Positions 7,607 through 16,774 of a stretch of 24,000 nt of DNA are shown piece after piece. The stretch's first letter is position 1, and every line of letters begins with the position of its first letter. The notes beneath the pieces were generated by a model. The model did not search any database. It saw only the letters and a program-made list of their open reading frames with translations, and was not told the DNA's origin. Source of the stretch: an uncultured Opitutaceae bacterium (GTDB lineage: Bacteria > Verrucomicrobiota > Verrucomicrobiia > Opitutales > Opitutaceae). The translations under genes were made by a program, and so were the position numbers. Where the stretch lies: contig CAYYGV010000007.1 in the NCBI GenBank assembly GCA_964471615.1, forward strand, positions 33,473 to 57,472. The letters are read 5' to 3'.

Positions 7607-8351
7607 CAAACACGCCAAAATTGTCCTGAGCGTCTATCGGCCCCACGGCCAGGATGCCAATGATCCCGATTTCGCCGAAGCTTTGAAGCAGGTCGAGCGC
7701 GACCCGTCGATGGCCACATGGTTCCGGGAGCAGCAGCAATTCGATTCCGACTTCGCCGCGGCCCTGAATTCGGTCGCAGGGCCTGCGGAGGCCAAGACTA
7801 TGATCAAGGCGACAATGGGGGCGTCAGCCGGGTCGCGCCGCCGGTGGTGGCCGCTCGCGCTCGTCGCCAGCCTGGCCCTGGTATTCGCGACCTCGTGGGT
7901 ATTGTTGCGAAACCGTCCCGCTGGACTGCCGCTGCCGGAAAACGCCACGCTCGCCCAGCTCGCGACGAACCTCTCTGAGCATCATGCCTCCATCGGATTC
8001 ATGTCCGGTGATCTAGGCCGCATTCGGCAATGGCTCCTTGAACGGCGCGGTCCGGCGCCGGATGACCTGCCGGCGAAGCTGGCGGGCATGAAGATACTGG
8101 GCTGCGAAACCTGGAAGACAACCCGCGGCAAAGTCTCGCTCATTTGCTTTGTCAACGACGGCATGCAGATGGCGCACCTCTACATCTTCGAAAACGCCGC
8201 CGACTTCCCCGGCTTGCCGCCGCGCGCCGAACCGCGGCTGGCCCGCGAGGGCAATTGGTCCTTGGCGCTCTGGCAGGACGACGGCCACGCCTACGTGCTG
8301 GGTTCCCCGACAAATAGCGGCATCTCCGTCGAATCGCTCGTCCGCTCGTAA
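7599..8351 (+). CDS. Anti-sigma-factor-like single-pass membrane protein
   Basis: Overlaps the sigma gene by 8 nt and has a good RBS (AAAGGAG). Cytoplasmic N-terminus, one TM (WWPLALVASLALVFATSWVLL), and a C-terminal domain typical of anti-sigma regulators. Confidence 0.8.
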   Translation: MDNKHAKIVLSVYRPHGQDANDPDFAEALKQVERDPSMATWFREQQQFDSDFAAALNSVAGPAEAKTMIKATMGASAGSRRRWWPLALVASLALVFATSWVLLRNRPAGLPLPENATLAQLATNLSEHHASIGFMSGDLGRIRQWLLERRGPAPDDLPAKLAGMKILGCETWKTTRGKVSLICFVNDGMQMAHLYIFENAADFPGLPPRAEPRLAREGNWSLALWQDDGHAYVLGSPTNSGISVESLVRS

Positions 8352-8371
8352 TTCAAAATCTCATTCCGATC

Positions 8372-9526
8372 ATGATCGCTGAAACCGCTGTTCGCGAACG
8401 TTACAGTGGCGCCGCCCGTCAGGCGGAAGCCGCCCTGTGCTGTCCCGTCAACTATGACCCCAAATACCTGAAGGTCATCCCCGCCGAAGTAATCGAGCGT
8501 GACTACGGTTGCGGCGACCCTTCCCGCTGGGTGCGGGAAGGAGACACCGTGCTCGATCTCGGATCAGGCACGGGCAAAATCTGCTTTATCGCCGCCCAAG
8601 TCGTCGGTTCCAAGGGCCGCGTGATCGGCGTGGACATGACCGACGACATGCTTGAGGTCGCGCGGCGCAACGCACCAATCGTGGCTGAGCGCATCGGCTA
8701 CGCCAACGTCGAGTTTCGCAAGGGTCGCATCCAGGACATGGGCCTCGACCTAGCCCTGTTTGACCGGCACCTCCGTGAATGCCCGCTCGCCGGCGCCGAA
8801 GGCTGGTTGGAGGCGGAGCGCCTAGCGGATGATCTCCGGCGAAATCATCCCCTCGTGGCCGACCAGAGCGTGGACGTGGTCGTCTCCAACTGCGTGCTCA
8901 ACCTGGTGGACTCCGCGACCAAGCCGCGCTTGTTTCAGGAAATCCACCGCGTGCTCCGGCTCGGCGGCCGGGCGGTCATCTCCGACATCGTAAGCGACGA
9001 GGTGGTGCCCGAGCGGCTGCAGCGCGATCCCGAACTATGGAGCGGCTGCATTTCGGGGGCGCTGACGGAAATAGGATTCATCGAGGCGTTCGAGCGCGCC
9101 GGCTTCTACGGCATCGAGGTCGTCAAGCGCGACGAACAGCCGTGGCGCACGGTGGAAGGCATCGAATTCCGGTCTGTCACGATCCGCGCCTACAAGGGCA
9201 AGGAGGGGCCGTGCTTCGAACGCAATCAGGCGGTGATCTACAAAGGGCCGTTCAAAGAAGTCCTCGACGATGATGGCCACCGTTTGAAGCGCGGGGTGCG
9301 TCACGCGGTATGCGACAAAACCTTTCAGCTCTATCGAAAGGAACCGTATCGCGGGCATTTCGATTTCGTCGAGCCCCACACGGCGATTCCTCCGGAGAAC
9401 GCGCAGGCGTTCGATTGTCGGCGCGCGGCGCCACGGCATCCCCGCGAAACCAAGGGGCAGGACTACAAGATAACCACTGATGCGTCCGTGTGCTGCGATG
9501 GCGGCAACGGTGGCGCCTGCTGCTGA
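8372..9526 (+). CDS. arsM: Arsenite methyltransferase, arsenosugar-biosynthesis type (ArsM)
   Basis: SAM-methyltransferase motif VLDLGSGTGKICFIAAQVVG with ArsM-type conserved Cys contexts ALCCPVNYD, ERDYGCGDPS, VVVSNCVLNLV and LWSGCISGAL. C-terminal extension ...CCDGGNGGACC. Confidence 0.93.
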   Translation: MIAETAVRERYSGAARQAEAALCCPVNYDPKYLKVIPAEVIERDYGCGDPSRWVREGDTVLDLGSGTGKICFIAAQVVGSKGRVIGVDMTDDMLEVARRNAPIVAERIGYANVEFRKGRIQDMGLDLALFDRHLRECPLAGAEGWLEAERLADDLRRNHPLVADQSVDVVVSNCVLNLVDSATKPRLFQEIHRVLRLGGRAVISDIVSDEVVPERLQRDPELWSGCISGALTEIGFIEAFERAGFYGIEVVKRDEQPWRTVEGIEFRSVTIRAYKGKEGPCFERNQAVIYKGPFKEVLDDDGHRLKRGVRHAVCDKTFQLYRKEPYRGHFDFVEPHTAIPPENAQAFDCRRAAPRHPRETKGQDYKITTDASVCCDGGNGGACC

Positions 9527-10629
9527 TGATCGCGATCCTCGTCATCGTCGCGACGCTGGCCGTCGGATACTTCAACGGCGCCAACGACGTCTCCAAGGCC
9601 ATCGCCACCCTCGTCGGGAGCGGGGTGACCCAGTATCGCACGGCGGTGCTGTGGGGTAGCATCTGGACATTCGCCGGCGCCGCCACCGCGGCCGTCGCGG
9701 CACAAGGCCTCGTCGCGGCGTTCAGCGGCAAAGGCCTTTTGGCGACGACCCCGGAAGGATTCGGTTTGATTCTGGCGGTTGCCGTTGGCGCGCTCGCATG
9801 GATATGGCTGGCCACCCGAACCGGGATGCCCGTTTCGACGACCCATGCCATTACCGGCGGTTTGATCGGAGCGGGGCTGGTCGCCGCTGGTGCCGGAGGT
9901 ATTCACTGGCATTTCCTGCTCGAAAAGTTCGCGCTTCCCCTGGCGGCGAGCCCGTTCATGTCGCTGCTGCTGGTGTTTGCCATATTCCCGGTGGCCCGGT
10001 GGGGACTCCGGCGCTGGGACGGTTACTGCGTTTGCGTCCAGCAGCCCGCCCCGGTCGTATGCGGCGAGGGCACGGCGGTTGCGATGAGCACGACGGAGAG
10101 TATCGTCGTGGACAAAACCGCAGCCTGCGAGCGGTCGCCCGTGACGGTAGCCGGTGTTACCGTGGTCGATGGGCTGCACTGGTTCAGCGCCGGAGCCACG
10201 GCGTTCGCCCGGGGACTGAATGATGCGCCCAAGGTGCTTGGCTTGGGTGTGCTCGCGGGCGCGAGCCTGAGCCTGCCGCTCACATGGTCGTTCCTACTGG
10301 TGGCGTTGGTGATGGCCGCTGGCAGCGTGCTGCGCGGCCTCAGAGTAACCGAGACGCTGGCAGAGAAGGTGACGCCGATGAGTCCGATGGAGGGATTTGT
10401 CGCCAACTTGGTGACGTCCATCCTGGTGATATTTGCTTCCCGGATGGCCCTGCCGGTCTCGACCACCCATGTGAGCAGCGGTGCCATCATCGGTCTCGGA
10501 CTGAGGCGGGATGCCCGTCAGGTTCGCTGGCGCACCGTCGCCGAGATGATTCTGGCCTGGATAGTCACCCTGCCCGGCGCCGGGGCGATTGCGGCTGCCA
10601 CCTATTTCCTGATCGGAGGCCGGGTATGA
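9526..10629 (+). CDS. PiT-family inorganic phosphate/anion permease
   Basis: Duplicated PiT signatures GYFNGANDVSKAIATLVGSG and ARGLNDAPKVLGLGVLAG, plus GMPVSTTHAITGG and ALPVSTTHVSSGAIIG. TGATG overlap with arsM; ATG at 9526 chosen. Confidence 0.93.
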   Translation: MIAILVIVATLAVGYFNGANDVSKAIATLVGSGVTQYRTAVLWGSIWTFAGAATAAVAAQGLVAAFSGKGLLATTPEGFGLILAVAVGALAWIWLATRTGMPVSTTHAITGGLIGAGLVAAGAGGIHWHFLLEKFALPLAASPFMSLLLVFAIFPVARWGLRRWDGYCVCVQQPAPVVCGEGTAVAMSTTESIVVDKTAACERSPVTVAGVTVVDGLHWFSAGATAFARGLNDAPKVLGLGVLAGASLSLPLTWSFLLVALVMAAGSVLRGLRVTETLAEKVTPMSPMEGFVANLVTSILVIFASRMALPVSTTHVSSGAIIGLGLRRDARQVRWRTVAEMILAWIVTLPGAGAIAAATYFLIGGRV

Positions 10630-11606
10630 ACGATTTCATTGCCACCCTGCACCGCCACAATCTCGCATTGCGCCGCGTGCATCCTCGCGTGCTGCAAATC
10701 AACGTGGGGAAGCTCTGCAACCTGACATGCATGCACTGCCATGTGAACGCCGGTCCCGGCCGTAAGGAAGTCATGGCACGGGAAACGGTGGACCGCATCC
10801 TCTCTTGGGAGGAAAAGGCGCGTTTGCCGGTCATCGATCTGACCGGCGGGGCGCCGGAAATGATTCCGGACTTTCGCTATCTCGTGCAGCAGCTGCGCGC
10901 GTTGCCCGCGGTCGAAAAGATCATCGATCGCTGCAATCTCACCATCCTGCTCCAGCCCGGCTACGGGGATCTGGTGGAGTTTCTGGCGAAGCACCGGGTC
11001 GAGATCGTCGCGTCGATGCCGTGCTACTCGCCGGAAAACGTGAATGCGCAGCGGGGCGAAGGCGTTTTCGACGCCAGCATCGAAGCCTTGCGGCAGCTCA
11101 ACGCCATCGGCTACGGCATCAATCCCGACCTGCCGCTGCACCTCGTCTTCAATCCCAACGGGGCCAAGCTCCCGGGGCTGCAGGAGGAACTCGAAGCGGA
11201 CTACAAGCGGGAGCTGCATTCGCATTTTGGCATCGTCTTTAATCGACTCTATACCATCACCAACCTGCCCGTCGCCCGCTTCGCCTCCTGGCTGCGACAC
11301 AACGGCAAATACGAGGAGTATCTCGCGTTGCTGACTCGGTCCTTCAACCCGGCGACCGTCGATGGCCTAATGTGCCGTGAGACAATTAACGTAAGCTGGC
11401 AGGGCGAGGTATTTGACTGCGACTTCAATCAGATGATGAAGATGCCGATGGCCGGAACCCAGGGGCGTTATCTCTGGGATCTCGATCCTTCGGCCCTTGA
11501 AGGCGCACCCATTGCCACGGCCGCGCATTGCTTCGGTTGCACCGCCGGCGCCGGCTCCAGTTGCGGCGGCGCCATCGAGAAGGTCGCCGAACCTGTGTCG
11601 GCCTGA
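10626..11606 (+). CDS. arsS: Arsenosugar biosynthesis radical SAM protein ArsS
   Basis: Radical SAM motif CNLTCMHCHVNAGP, DLTGGAPEMIPDFRYLVQ, IIDRCNLTIL, MCRETINVSWQGEVFDCDFNQM, and C-terminal HCFGCTAGAGSSCGG. ATGA overlap with the PiT gene. Confidence 0.93.
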   Translation: MNDFIATLHRHNLALRRVHPRVLQINVGKLCNLTCMHCHVNAGPGRKEVMARETVDRILSWEEKARLPVIDLTGGAPEMIPDFRYLVQQLRALPAVEKIIDRCNLTILLQPGYGDLVEFLAKHRVEIVASMPCYSPENVNAQRGEGVFDASIEALRQLNAIGYGINPDLPLHLVFNPNGAKLPGLQEELEADYKRELHSHFGIVFNRLYTITNLPVARFASWLRHNGKYEEYLALLTRSFNPATVDGLMCRETINVSWQGEVFDCDFNQMMKMPMAGTQGRYLWDLDPSALEGAPIATAAHCFGCTAGAGSSCGGAIEKVAEPVSA

Positions 11607-11626
11607 AACCGGACGCATCCAAACTC

Positions 11627-12433
11627 ATGACAATTCTGCGAAAGGTTCTGACCGCCATTTGTTTTCTCGCCGTCGAGGTGATGGCTTCCGCCGCCACGGT
11701 CGACGTTCCGGCCGGGATTGATCCGGCGCCGTGGGACGCCCTGCTGAAGAAATACGTGAACGACCGGGGACTCGTCGCCTACCAGGCATGGAAAGCGGAC
11801 GCCGCCGACCTGAGAAAGCTCGATGACTTCATCGCGGCCTACGCCAGAGCCGGCGGCGCGCCGGCGGCCGGCGCCGAGCAGATTGCGGCGCTGATCAACG
11901 CCTACAACGCGTTCACGATCCGCTGGATTCTCCAGAACTATCCGACGGAGAGCATTCGTGAGCTGGACGATTCGTGGACCAAGGCGCGTTGGACGATTGG
12001 CGGTCGCGTCGTCTCGCTCGATGAAATCGAGAACAAGAACCTGCGCCCTCTTTATAGCTGGAAGGTTCATGCGACGATCGTTTGCGCGGCCCGAAGCTGC
12101 CCGCCCTTGCAGGCGGAGGCCTACACCGCCGCCAATCTGGAGGCGCTGACGGAGCGCGCCTATCGCGCTTGGCTCGCCCGCAACGATCTCAACCAGTTCG
12201 ATGAGGCGGCCGGGGTCGCGCGCGTTTCGCCCATCTTCAAATGGTTCAAATCCGATTTTACGGGCGACGGCGAACTGGCGGCCGTGCTGGAAAGACTCGC
12301 CCCGACCCGGGACCGCGTGTTCCTGGTGGGTCGAAACTACAAGGTCGACTACCTCGACTACCGCTGGGGCCTCAATGACCAGAGCGGTCGGGGAACGGAC
12401 TACAGCCCCAGCCTCTTCAAACGTCTGTTTTGA
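11627..12433 (+). CDS. DUF547 domain-containing exported protein
   Basis: Signal peptide MTILRKVLTAICFLAVEVMASAA; DUF547-like features ALINAYNAFTIRWILQNYPTESIREL, ENKNLRPLY...ARSCPPLQAEAYTAANLEAL, LVGRNYKVDYLDYRWGLN. Confidence 0.88.
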   Translation: MTILRKVLTAICFLAVEVMASAATVDVPAGIDPAPWDALLKKYVNDRGLVAYQAWKADAADLRKLDDFIAAYARAGGAPAAGAEQIAALINAYNAFTIRWILQNYPTESIRELDDSWTKARWTIGGRVVSLDEIENKNLRPLYSWKVHATIVCAARSCPPLQAEAYTAANLEALTERAYRAWLARNDLNQFDEAAGVARVSPIFKWFKSDFTGDGELAAVLERLAPTRDRVFLVGRNYKVDYLDYRWGLNDQSGRGTDYSPSLFKRLF

Positions 12434-12453
12434 GTGCCGAGGAAGTGGTATCC

Positions 12454-13092
12454 ATGACGACGCTGGTAATGGTCTTTCTCAAGGCACCCCGTCCGGGCAC
12501 GGTGAAGACGCGGCTGGGGCGGGACATTGGGCATCCGCGAGCGACGGCCATGTATCGGGCGCTTGCCGAGCAACAGCTGGACCGGATCCCCGCAGAGTTC
12601 CGCACCGAAATCCACTATGCACCGCGCGGTGCTCGCATGGAAATGCGCCAATGGCTCGGCCGTCGGCATCTCTTTCGAGCGCAGAACGGCCGCGATCTCG
12701 GGGAGCGAATGAGCCGGGCCTTTGTCCAGGGATTCCTTCGCGGTTTCAAGCGGATCATCGCCATCGGGTCGGATTGCCCCGAACTCGATCAAGATTGCTT
12801 GCGTCGGGCGGACGCGGAACTTCGTCGCGCCGATGTGGTGCTAGGTCCGGCGACCGACGGGGGATACTACCTAATCGGGTTGCGCCGGCCCCAACCAGCC
12901 TTGTTCAAGGACATTGCGTGGAGCACAGAAACAGTGCTGGCGGAAACCCTGGTCCGTATCCGGGGAAACGAGCTCACTCATCGGCTGCTCGAAGAGAAGG
13001 AGGACATCGACGATCTGGCCGGTTGGCAGCGGCATCAGGCAAAGAACTCGGCGCGGCTTGCCCCAGCCGTGACTTCCGTCGTCCCCGTTTGA
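12454..13092 (+). CDS. DUF2064/TIGR04282-type arsenosugar-associated glycosyltransferase
   Basis: FLKAPRPGTVKTRLGRDIG, QNGRDLGERMSRAF, RIIAIGSDCPELD and VVLGPATDGGYYLIGLRR are typical of the family. GAGGAAG RBS before ATG 12454. Confidence 0.9.
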   Translation: MTTLVMVFLKAPRPGTVKTRLGRDIGHPRATAMYRALAEQQLDRIPAEFRTEIHYAPRGARMEMRQWLGRRHLFRAQNGRDLGERMSRAFVQGFLRGFKRIIAIGSDCPELDQDCLRRADAELRRADVVLGPATDGGYYLIGLRRPQPALFKDIAWSTETVLAETLVRIRGNELTHRLLEEKEDIDDLAGWQRHQAKNSARLAPAVTSVVPV

Positions 13093-13096
13093 AATC

Positions 13097-13573
13097 ATGG
13101 ATGCCGCCACTGCGATGCGACGCTCCCAAAGTGATCGCGCCTCATTGCCCGTTGTGGGTTATCTGGCGTCGCTGGACGCCCGCAGGACCGTTCTGTGGAG
13201 CGCATTTCTCTGGTATCTGGCCATGGCGGTCCGCTACGGCGAATTCGAGCCGTCCGTCTGGCAGCACTCCATTGGAATCGCGGTGGTTGTGGGTGTGATT
13301 CTGACTCTCAATGCCGCTCCGCCCCAGGGGCGCGTCCGTGACCTCGGGTTCTGGCCGGTGCTGCGCTTCTTTCTCATTCCCTTTTGCGTCGCGAGTTTCT
13401 CCGCCTTTGCCCGAGGACGCGCCTTCGTGCTCATTTTTCCAGCCAAGGCGGCGGAGAACGTTGTCGCGGGCGGCCTGATCGCATTGTTCTGCCTGCTGGT
13501 CTGGCTGGCGAAGCGCGGCCGGGCAGGCCGCGCTCCCTTACCAACCTCCACCGCGAATCCCGGCTCCCCATGA
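13097..13573 (+). CDS. Hypothetical membrane protein (about 4 TM)
   Basis: 158 aa with several hydrophobic segments (VLWSAFLWYLAMAV, SIGIAVVVGVILTL, VLRFFLIPFCVASFSAFA, VVAGGLIALFCLLVWLA). Sits directly between genes of the operon. Confidence 0.75.
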   Translation: MDAATAMRRSQSDRASLPVVGYLASLDARRTVLWSAFLWYLAMAVRYGEFEPSVWQHSIGIAVVVGVILTLNAAPPQGRVRDLGFWPVLRFFLIPFCVASFSAFARGRAFVLIFPAKAAENVVAGGLIALFCLLVWLAKRGRAGRAPLPTSTANPGSP

Positions 13574-14157
13574 AATCGCTGCTCAATCGCCTTCGCCGTC
13601 CCGGCCGCTCTTCCGCCGGCGTCTTCTTGCTCTTTATCGGCGCCTGGCTCGCGGTCGCGGCCCGCGCCGAGACGCCCAAAGTCGGCGAACTCGCGCCGAA
13701 CTTCACGCTGCGCACGCTCGACGATCAGTCCATCGAGTTGGCCCAGCTCGCCGCGGAGCACCCGGTTTTGCTGATCGTGCTGCGCGGTTGGCCGGGTTAC
13801 CAGTGCCCGATTTGCGCGCGGCAGGTGCATGATTTCGTAAGCCACGCAGCGGAATTCGTGAAACGGGATGTGCAGATTCTCATGGTTTATCCCGGTCCGG
13901 CCGAACAATTGAAAACCCATGCGCGCGAGTTTCTGGAGGACAAGCAGTGGCCGCGGAAATTCTTCTTCGTGATCGATCCTGATTTCGCCTTCACGAACGC
14001 TTACGGCCTGCGTTGGTCGGCACCCAGGGAAACGGCTTCCCCGTCGACCTTCCTGATCAACCAGGAGAGGCGGGTCCAGTTCGCCCACGTCAGCGAATCG
14101 CATGGCGATCGCGTCGGCGCGACCGCGGCGCTGGCCGCGATTGACGCGACGCGTTGA
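13570..14157 (+). CDS. Exported peroxiredoxin-like (AhpC/TSA, thioredoxin-fold) protein
   Basis: Signal or anchor sequence, then PKVGELAPNFTLRTLDDQSIELAQLAAEHPVLLIVLRGWPGYQCPICARQVHDF. ATGA overlap with the previous ORF. Confidence 0.88.
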   Translation: MKSLLNRLRRPGRSSAGVFLLFIGAWLAVAARAETPKVGELAPNFTLRTLDDQSIELAQLAAEHPVLLIVLRGWPGYQCPICARQVHDFVSHAAEFVKRDVQILMVYPGPAEQLKTHAREFLEDKQWPRKFFFVIDPDFAFTNAYGLRWSAPRETASPSTFLINQERRVQFAHVSESHGDRVGATAALAAIDATR

Positions 14158-14190
14158 AGGTGGCGTGTGCCGTTTCGATATTGTCGGGGT

Positions 14191-15648
14191 TCAGGCCTGA
14201 ACCACCGCAACCCCCGCGCTGTCGATGGCCGGCAGTCGAAACTGAAAGCACGCTCCTTCGCCGGTCGCGGAGGCCAGGATCTCCAATGAGCCGCCGTGGG
14301 CTTCGACAAAGCGCTTGCACAGGGAGAGTCCGAGGCCGGTGCCGTCGGACTTGGTGGTGACAAAGGAATCGAAGATTCGCTCGCGCAGTTCAGCGGGGAC
14401 GCCGGGTCCGTTGTCCCGCACCGATACGGCCACCCAGATTCCGTCGGTGAAGGCGCGCACCGAAATGCGCCGCGCTCCCGGCTGGGACGCGAGCGCCTGG
14501 GCCGCATTGCGCACGAGATTGATGAACACCTGCTCGATCTGTTGGGCGTCCATCATGACTTGCGGGAGTTCCGTCGAAATGGATGCCTCGAAAACAACCC
14601 CGGCTTGCCGCAGTTCGGCGGCGATGAGTTCCTCCGCTTTTCGCAACACTTCGGCCAGCGATCCCGGCACACGCTGCACAGGATGATTGCGGGCAAAGTC
14701 GAGGAGGTTGCGCACGATCGAGGCTACGCGCCTGGTTTGCTGGGAGATGATGGCACCGGCCTTTTTCGTATCGTTGGCGTGGCCCTGCGCCAGAAGTTCC
14801 GAGTAGCCGCTGATCGCGGCGAGCGGGTTGTTGATCTCATGGGCGATGCCGGCCATCAGTTCGCCCAGCAGGTGCATCTTTTCCCCCTGCAAGAGCCGCT
14901 CATGGGCGGTCTGCAATTCCTCCAGCGCACGGCGCAGTTCCGCGGTGCGCTCTCGCACCCGGATCTCCAGCATGGCGTTCTTTTCGGCCAGCTCGGCCTC
15001 AAAGCGCGCACCCAGGGAGCGGGCGAGTCCTACGCCGATCACGGAGATCAGCAGCAATGTGGGGATCGCGGTGCCGAAGAGCTTCCAGCGCAGGGCGGCG
15101 AACTCCCGGGCGATGGCCGCGGTATTCTTGTGGACGGCGATGGTCCAGGGTTCCCGCTCCACCGGCTGATAATAGACCAGCTGCGGCGGCTCGTCGGCCT
15201 CGTGTTGCGTGCCCGCCGCCGGACGGCCGCTGAGCAGCACGCTCGAGATGGGCCGCGATTGATCCGAACCGAGGGGCGTCATGTCCATCTCGCCCCAGCG
15301 CATGCCGATCATGGCGGGGTCGGGATGACTGAGCACCCGGCCGTCCTTGTCGAGCAGGCAGAGGAAATCCGCCTGCGAGCCGGAGCCGCGGAGGACGTTT
15401 TGGACGCGACCGATGGTCTGATTCGGGGTGGCCCCCTCGGAGAGGTCGCGGTCCACGAACCGCGCAATAATCGCGGCCTCGCGCCCGGCGGCCTGCACTT
15501 GATTCGCCAGCAACTGCCGTTCAACCCGCTGCAGCACAATGAAGCTGCCGGTCAGTCCGACGGCAAGGACGGCCAGCGACACCAGCAGCAGCGTAACCGC
15601 GAAGCGACGAACCGCCCCTCTTCGCACGATCTGGAATTTCAGGGGCAT
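14191..15648 (-). CDS. Membrane-bound sensor histidine kinase
   Basis: Two TM segments flank a Cache/dCACHE-like sensor. H-box GELMAGIAHEINNPLAAISGYSELL, N-box QVFINLVRNAAQAL, VRDNGPGVP and GTGLGLSLCKRFVEAHGG. Confidence 0.93.
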   Translation of the reverse strand: MPLKFQIVRRGAVRRFAVTLLLVSLAVLAVGLTGSFIVLQRVERQLLANQVQAAGREAAIIARFVDRDLSEGATPNQTIGRVQNVLRGSGSQADFLCLLDKDGRVLSHPDPAMIGMRWGEMDMTPLGSDQSRPISSVLLSGRPAAGTQHEADEPPQLVYYQPVEREPWTIAVHKNTAAIAREFAALRWKLFGTAIPTLLLISVIGVGLARSLGARFEAELAEKNAMLEIRVRERTAELRRALEELQTAHERLLQGEKMHLLGELMAGIAHEINNPLAAISGYSELLAQGHANDTKKAGAIISQQTRRVASIVRNLLDFARNHPVQRVPGSLAEVLRKAEELIAAELRQAGVVFEASISTELPQVMMDAQQIEQVFINLVRNAAQALASQPGARRISVRAFTDGIWVAVSVRDNGPGVPAELRERIFDSFVTTKSDGTGLGLSLCKRFVEAHGGSLEILASATGEGACFQFRLPAIDSAGVAVVQA

Positions 15649-15783
15649 GGCTTCGGGTGGAACGATTTCCCGCCACAGGGGTTCACGGGCACAAAGGTGG
15701 GACGGACTTGCCCGCAAGTTATTCCCTCCACCTGGTCGCGAATCCGCTTGCGGACCGGAGACGCTTCGACCCACCCGAAGTCG

Positions 15784-16227
15784 TCACGAAGCGTGGTCGC
15801 GTCCGAGATGGTTTTCGAGCCGGGCCTGCATCAGGCTGATCAAGCCGGCAACGCCGCCGACCGAGCGGATTTCATCGGCCCCGATCAGCGTTTCGCAATG
15901 CCCGGCCTCTTCGATCAGGATCGCCGGCAGCGCGGTCTCTGCGAGAGCCGGATAACTGGCGCGGAATTGGTCGCGGTGAAGAAAACGCCGCTGGCAAGGG
16001 AGCCTCTCCAAGAAGGTGCGCCACGGCACCAACATGCCGGTGAGGCCAAAAGTAGCGCGACAGAGTGCGCATTGAAACGAACCCGGCTGAAATGCCTTGT
16101 GCGCCCAGCCGCTGACCGCGTTGAAGAGACCGCTGTCTTCGTTGTAAACGAGGATGATCCGGTCGGCGCGCACGGAGGGGAAGACAACGCCACGCTCAGG
16201 CCGGGAGCGGCGTCCAGGCCCGTCCAT
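15784..16227 (-). CDS. Conserved-looking hypothetical protein with CxxC motif
   Basis: RIILVYNEDSGLFNAVSGWAHKAFQPGSFQCALCRATFGLTGMLVPWRTFLERL...FLHRDQF. Start uncertain (ATG 16227 or GTG 16173). Confidence 0.65.
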   Translation of the reverse strand: MDGPGRRSRPERGVVFPSVRADRIILVYNEDSGLFNAVSGWAHKAFQPGSFQCALCRATFGLTGMLVPWRTFLERLPCQRRFLHRDQFRASYPALAETALPAILIEEAGHCETLIGADEIRSVGGVAGLISLMQARLENHLGRDHAS

Positions 16228-16774
16228 TGAACACCTCGTCCACCGGCGTTACGAAGACGTGATTGGCGTAGTTGCTGAAAGTTTTTACCCCGATAGCCAG
16301 GATGATAGCGAGGACTTGGTGCTCGCTGAAACCGGCCGCGAGAAAGGCGCGTGCCGCTTCGGTGGTCGGCCGCCCGCGAGTGCGCACCATGTGCCGGGTA
16401 AAATCCGCGAGCGCCGCCAGTTTCGGTTCGGAAGGCAAACGGCCGGCGCGCAGGGCCTCGGTCGCGTCGATTGGCACCTTGGACATCTTGTCGGCGAGAA
16501 AACTGTGCGCCGCCATGCAATAGTCGCAGCCGTTCTCAAAACTGATGGCCAGGAACACCACCTCCTGTTCCGCCGGAGTGAAGCCGGAGCCGGTGCGGAA
16601 GCGTTCATAGCCGAGCTGGTAGGTCTCCAGCAGGCCGGGCGAATTCACCATCGCTCCATACATGTTGGGCACGAACCCGAGTTTCTTCTGGGCGGTTTCG
16701 AGCAGCGGCGCGCCCTGGGCGGACGCTGAAGCGACAGTGAGGAGGGGAAGGTTGATTTTACAGGCTTCGTTCAT
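16196..16774 (-). CDS. Carboxymuconolactone decarboxylase/AhpD-like (peroxidase-related) family protein
   Basis: LGFVPNMYGAMVNSPGLLETYQ...LAISFENGCDYCMAAHSFLADK has the AhpD-like CxxC...H motif. Confidence 0.9.
   Translation of the reverse strand: MNEACKINLPLLTVASASAQGAPLLETAQKKLGFVPNMYGAMVNSPGLLETYQLGYERFRTGSGFTPAEQEVVFLAISFENGCDYCMAAHSFLADKMSKVPIDATEALRAGRLPSEPKLAALADFTRHMVRTRGRPTTEAARAFLAAGFSEHQVLAIILAIGVKTFSNYANHVFVTPVDEVFNGRAWTPLPA

Noticed and set aside
10284-10625. N-terminal extension of the arsS ORF
   Set aside because: Lies inside the PiT gene; ArsS starts naturally at 10626 with ATGA coupling.
11044-11334. Alternative-frame and antisense ORFs inside arsS and neighbours (for example 10805-11242, 10602-11300)
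   Set aside because: GC-rich overlapping frames with no motifs; the radical SAM reading is unambiguous.
14296-16230. 644-aa plus-strand ORF
   Set aside because: It is antisense to the well-supported histidine kinase and the neighbouring 15784-16227 gene. Low-complexity Arg/Gly/Gln composition with no recognisable motifs; a GC-rich shadow ORF.
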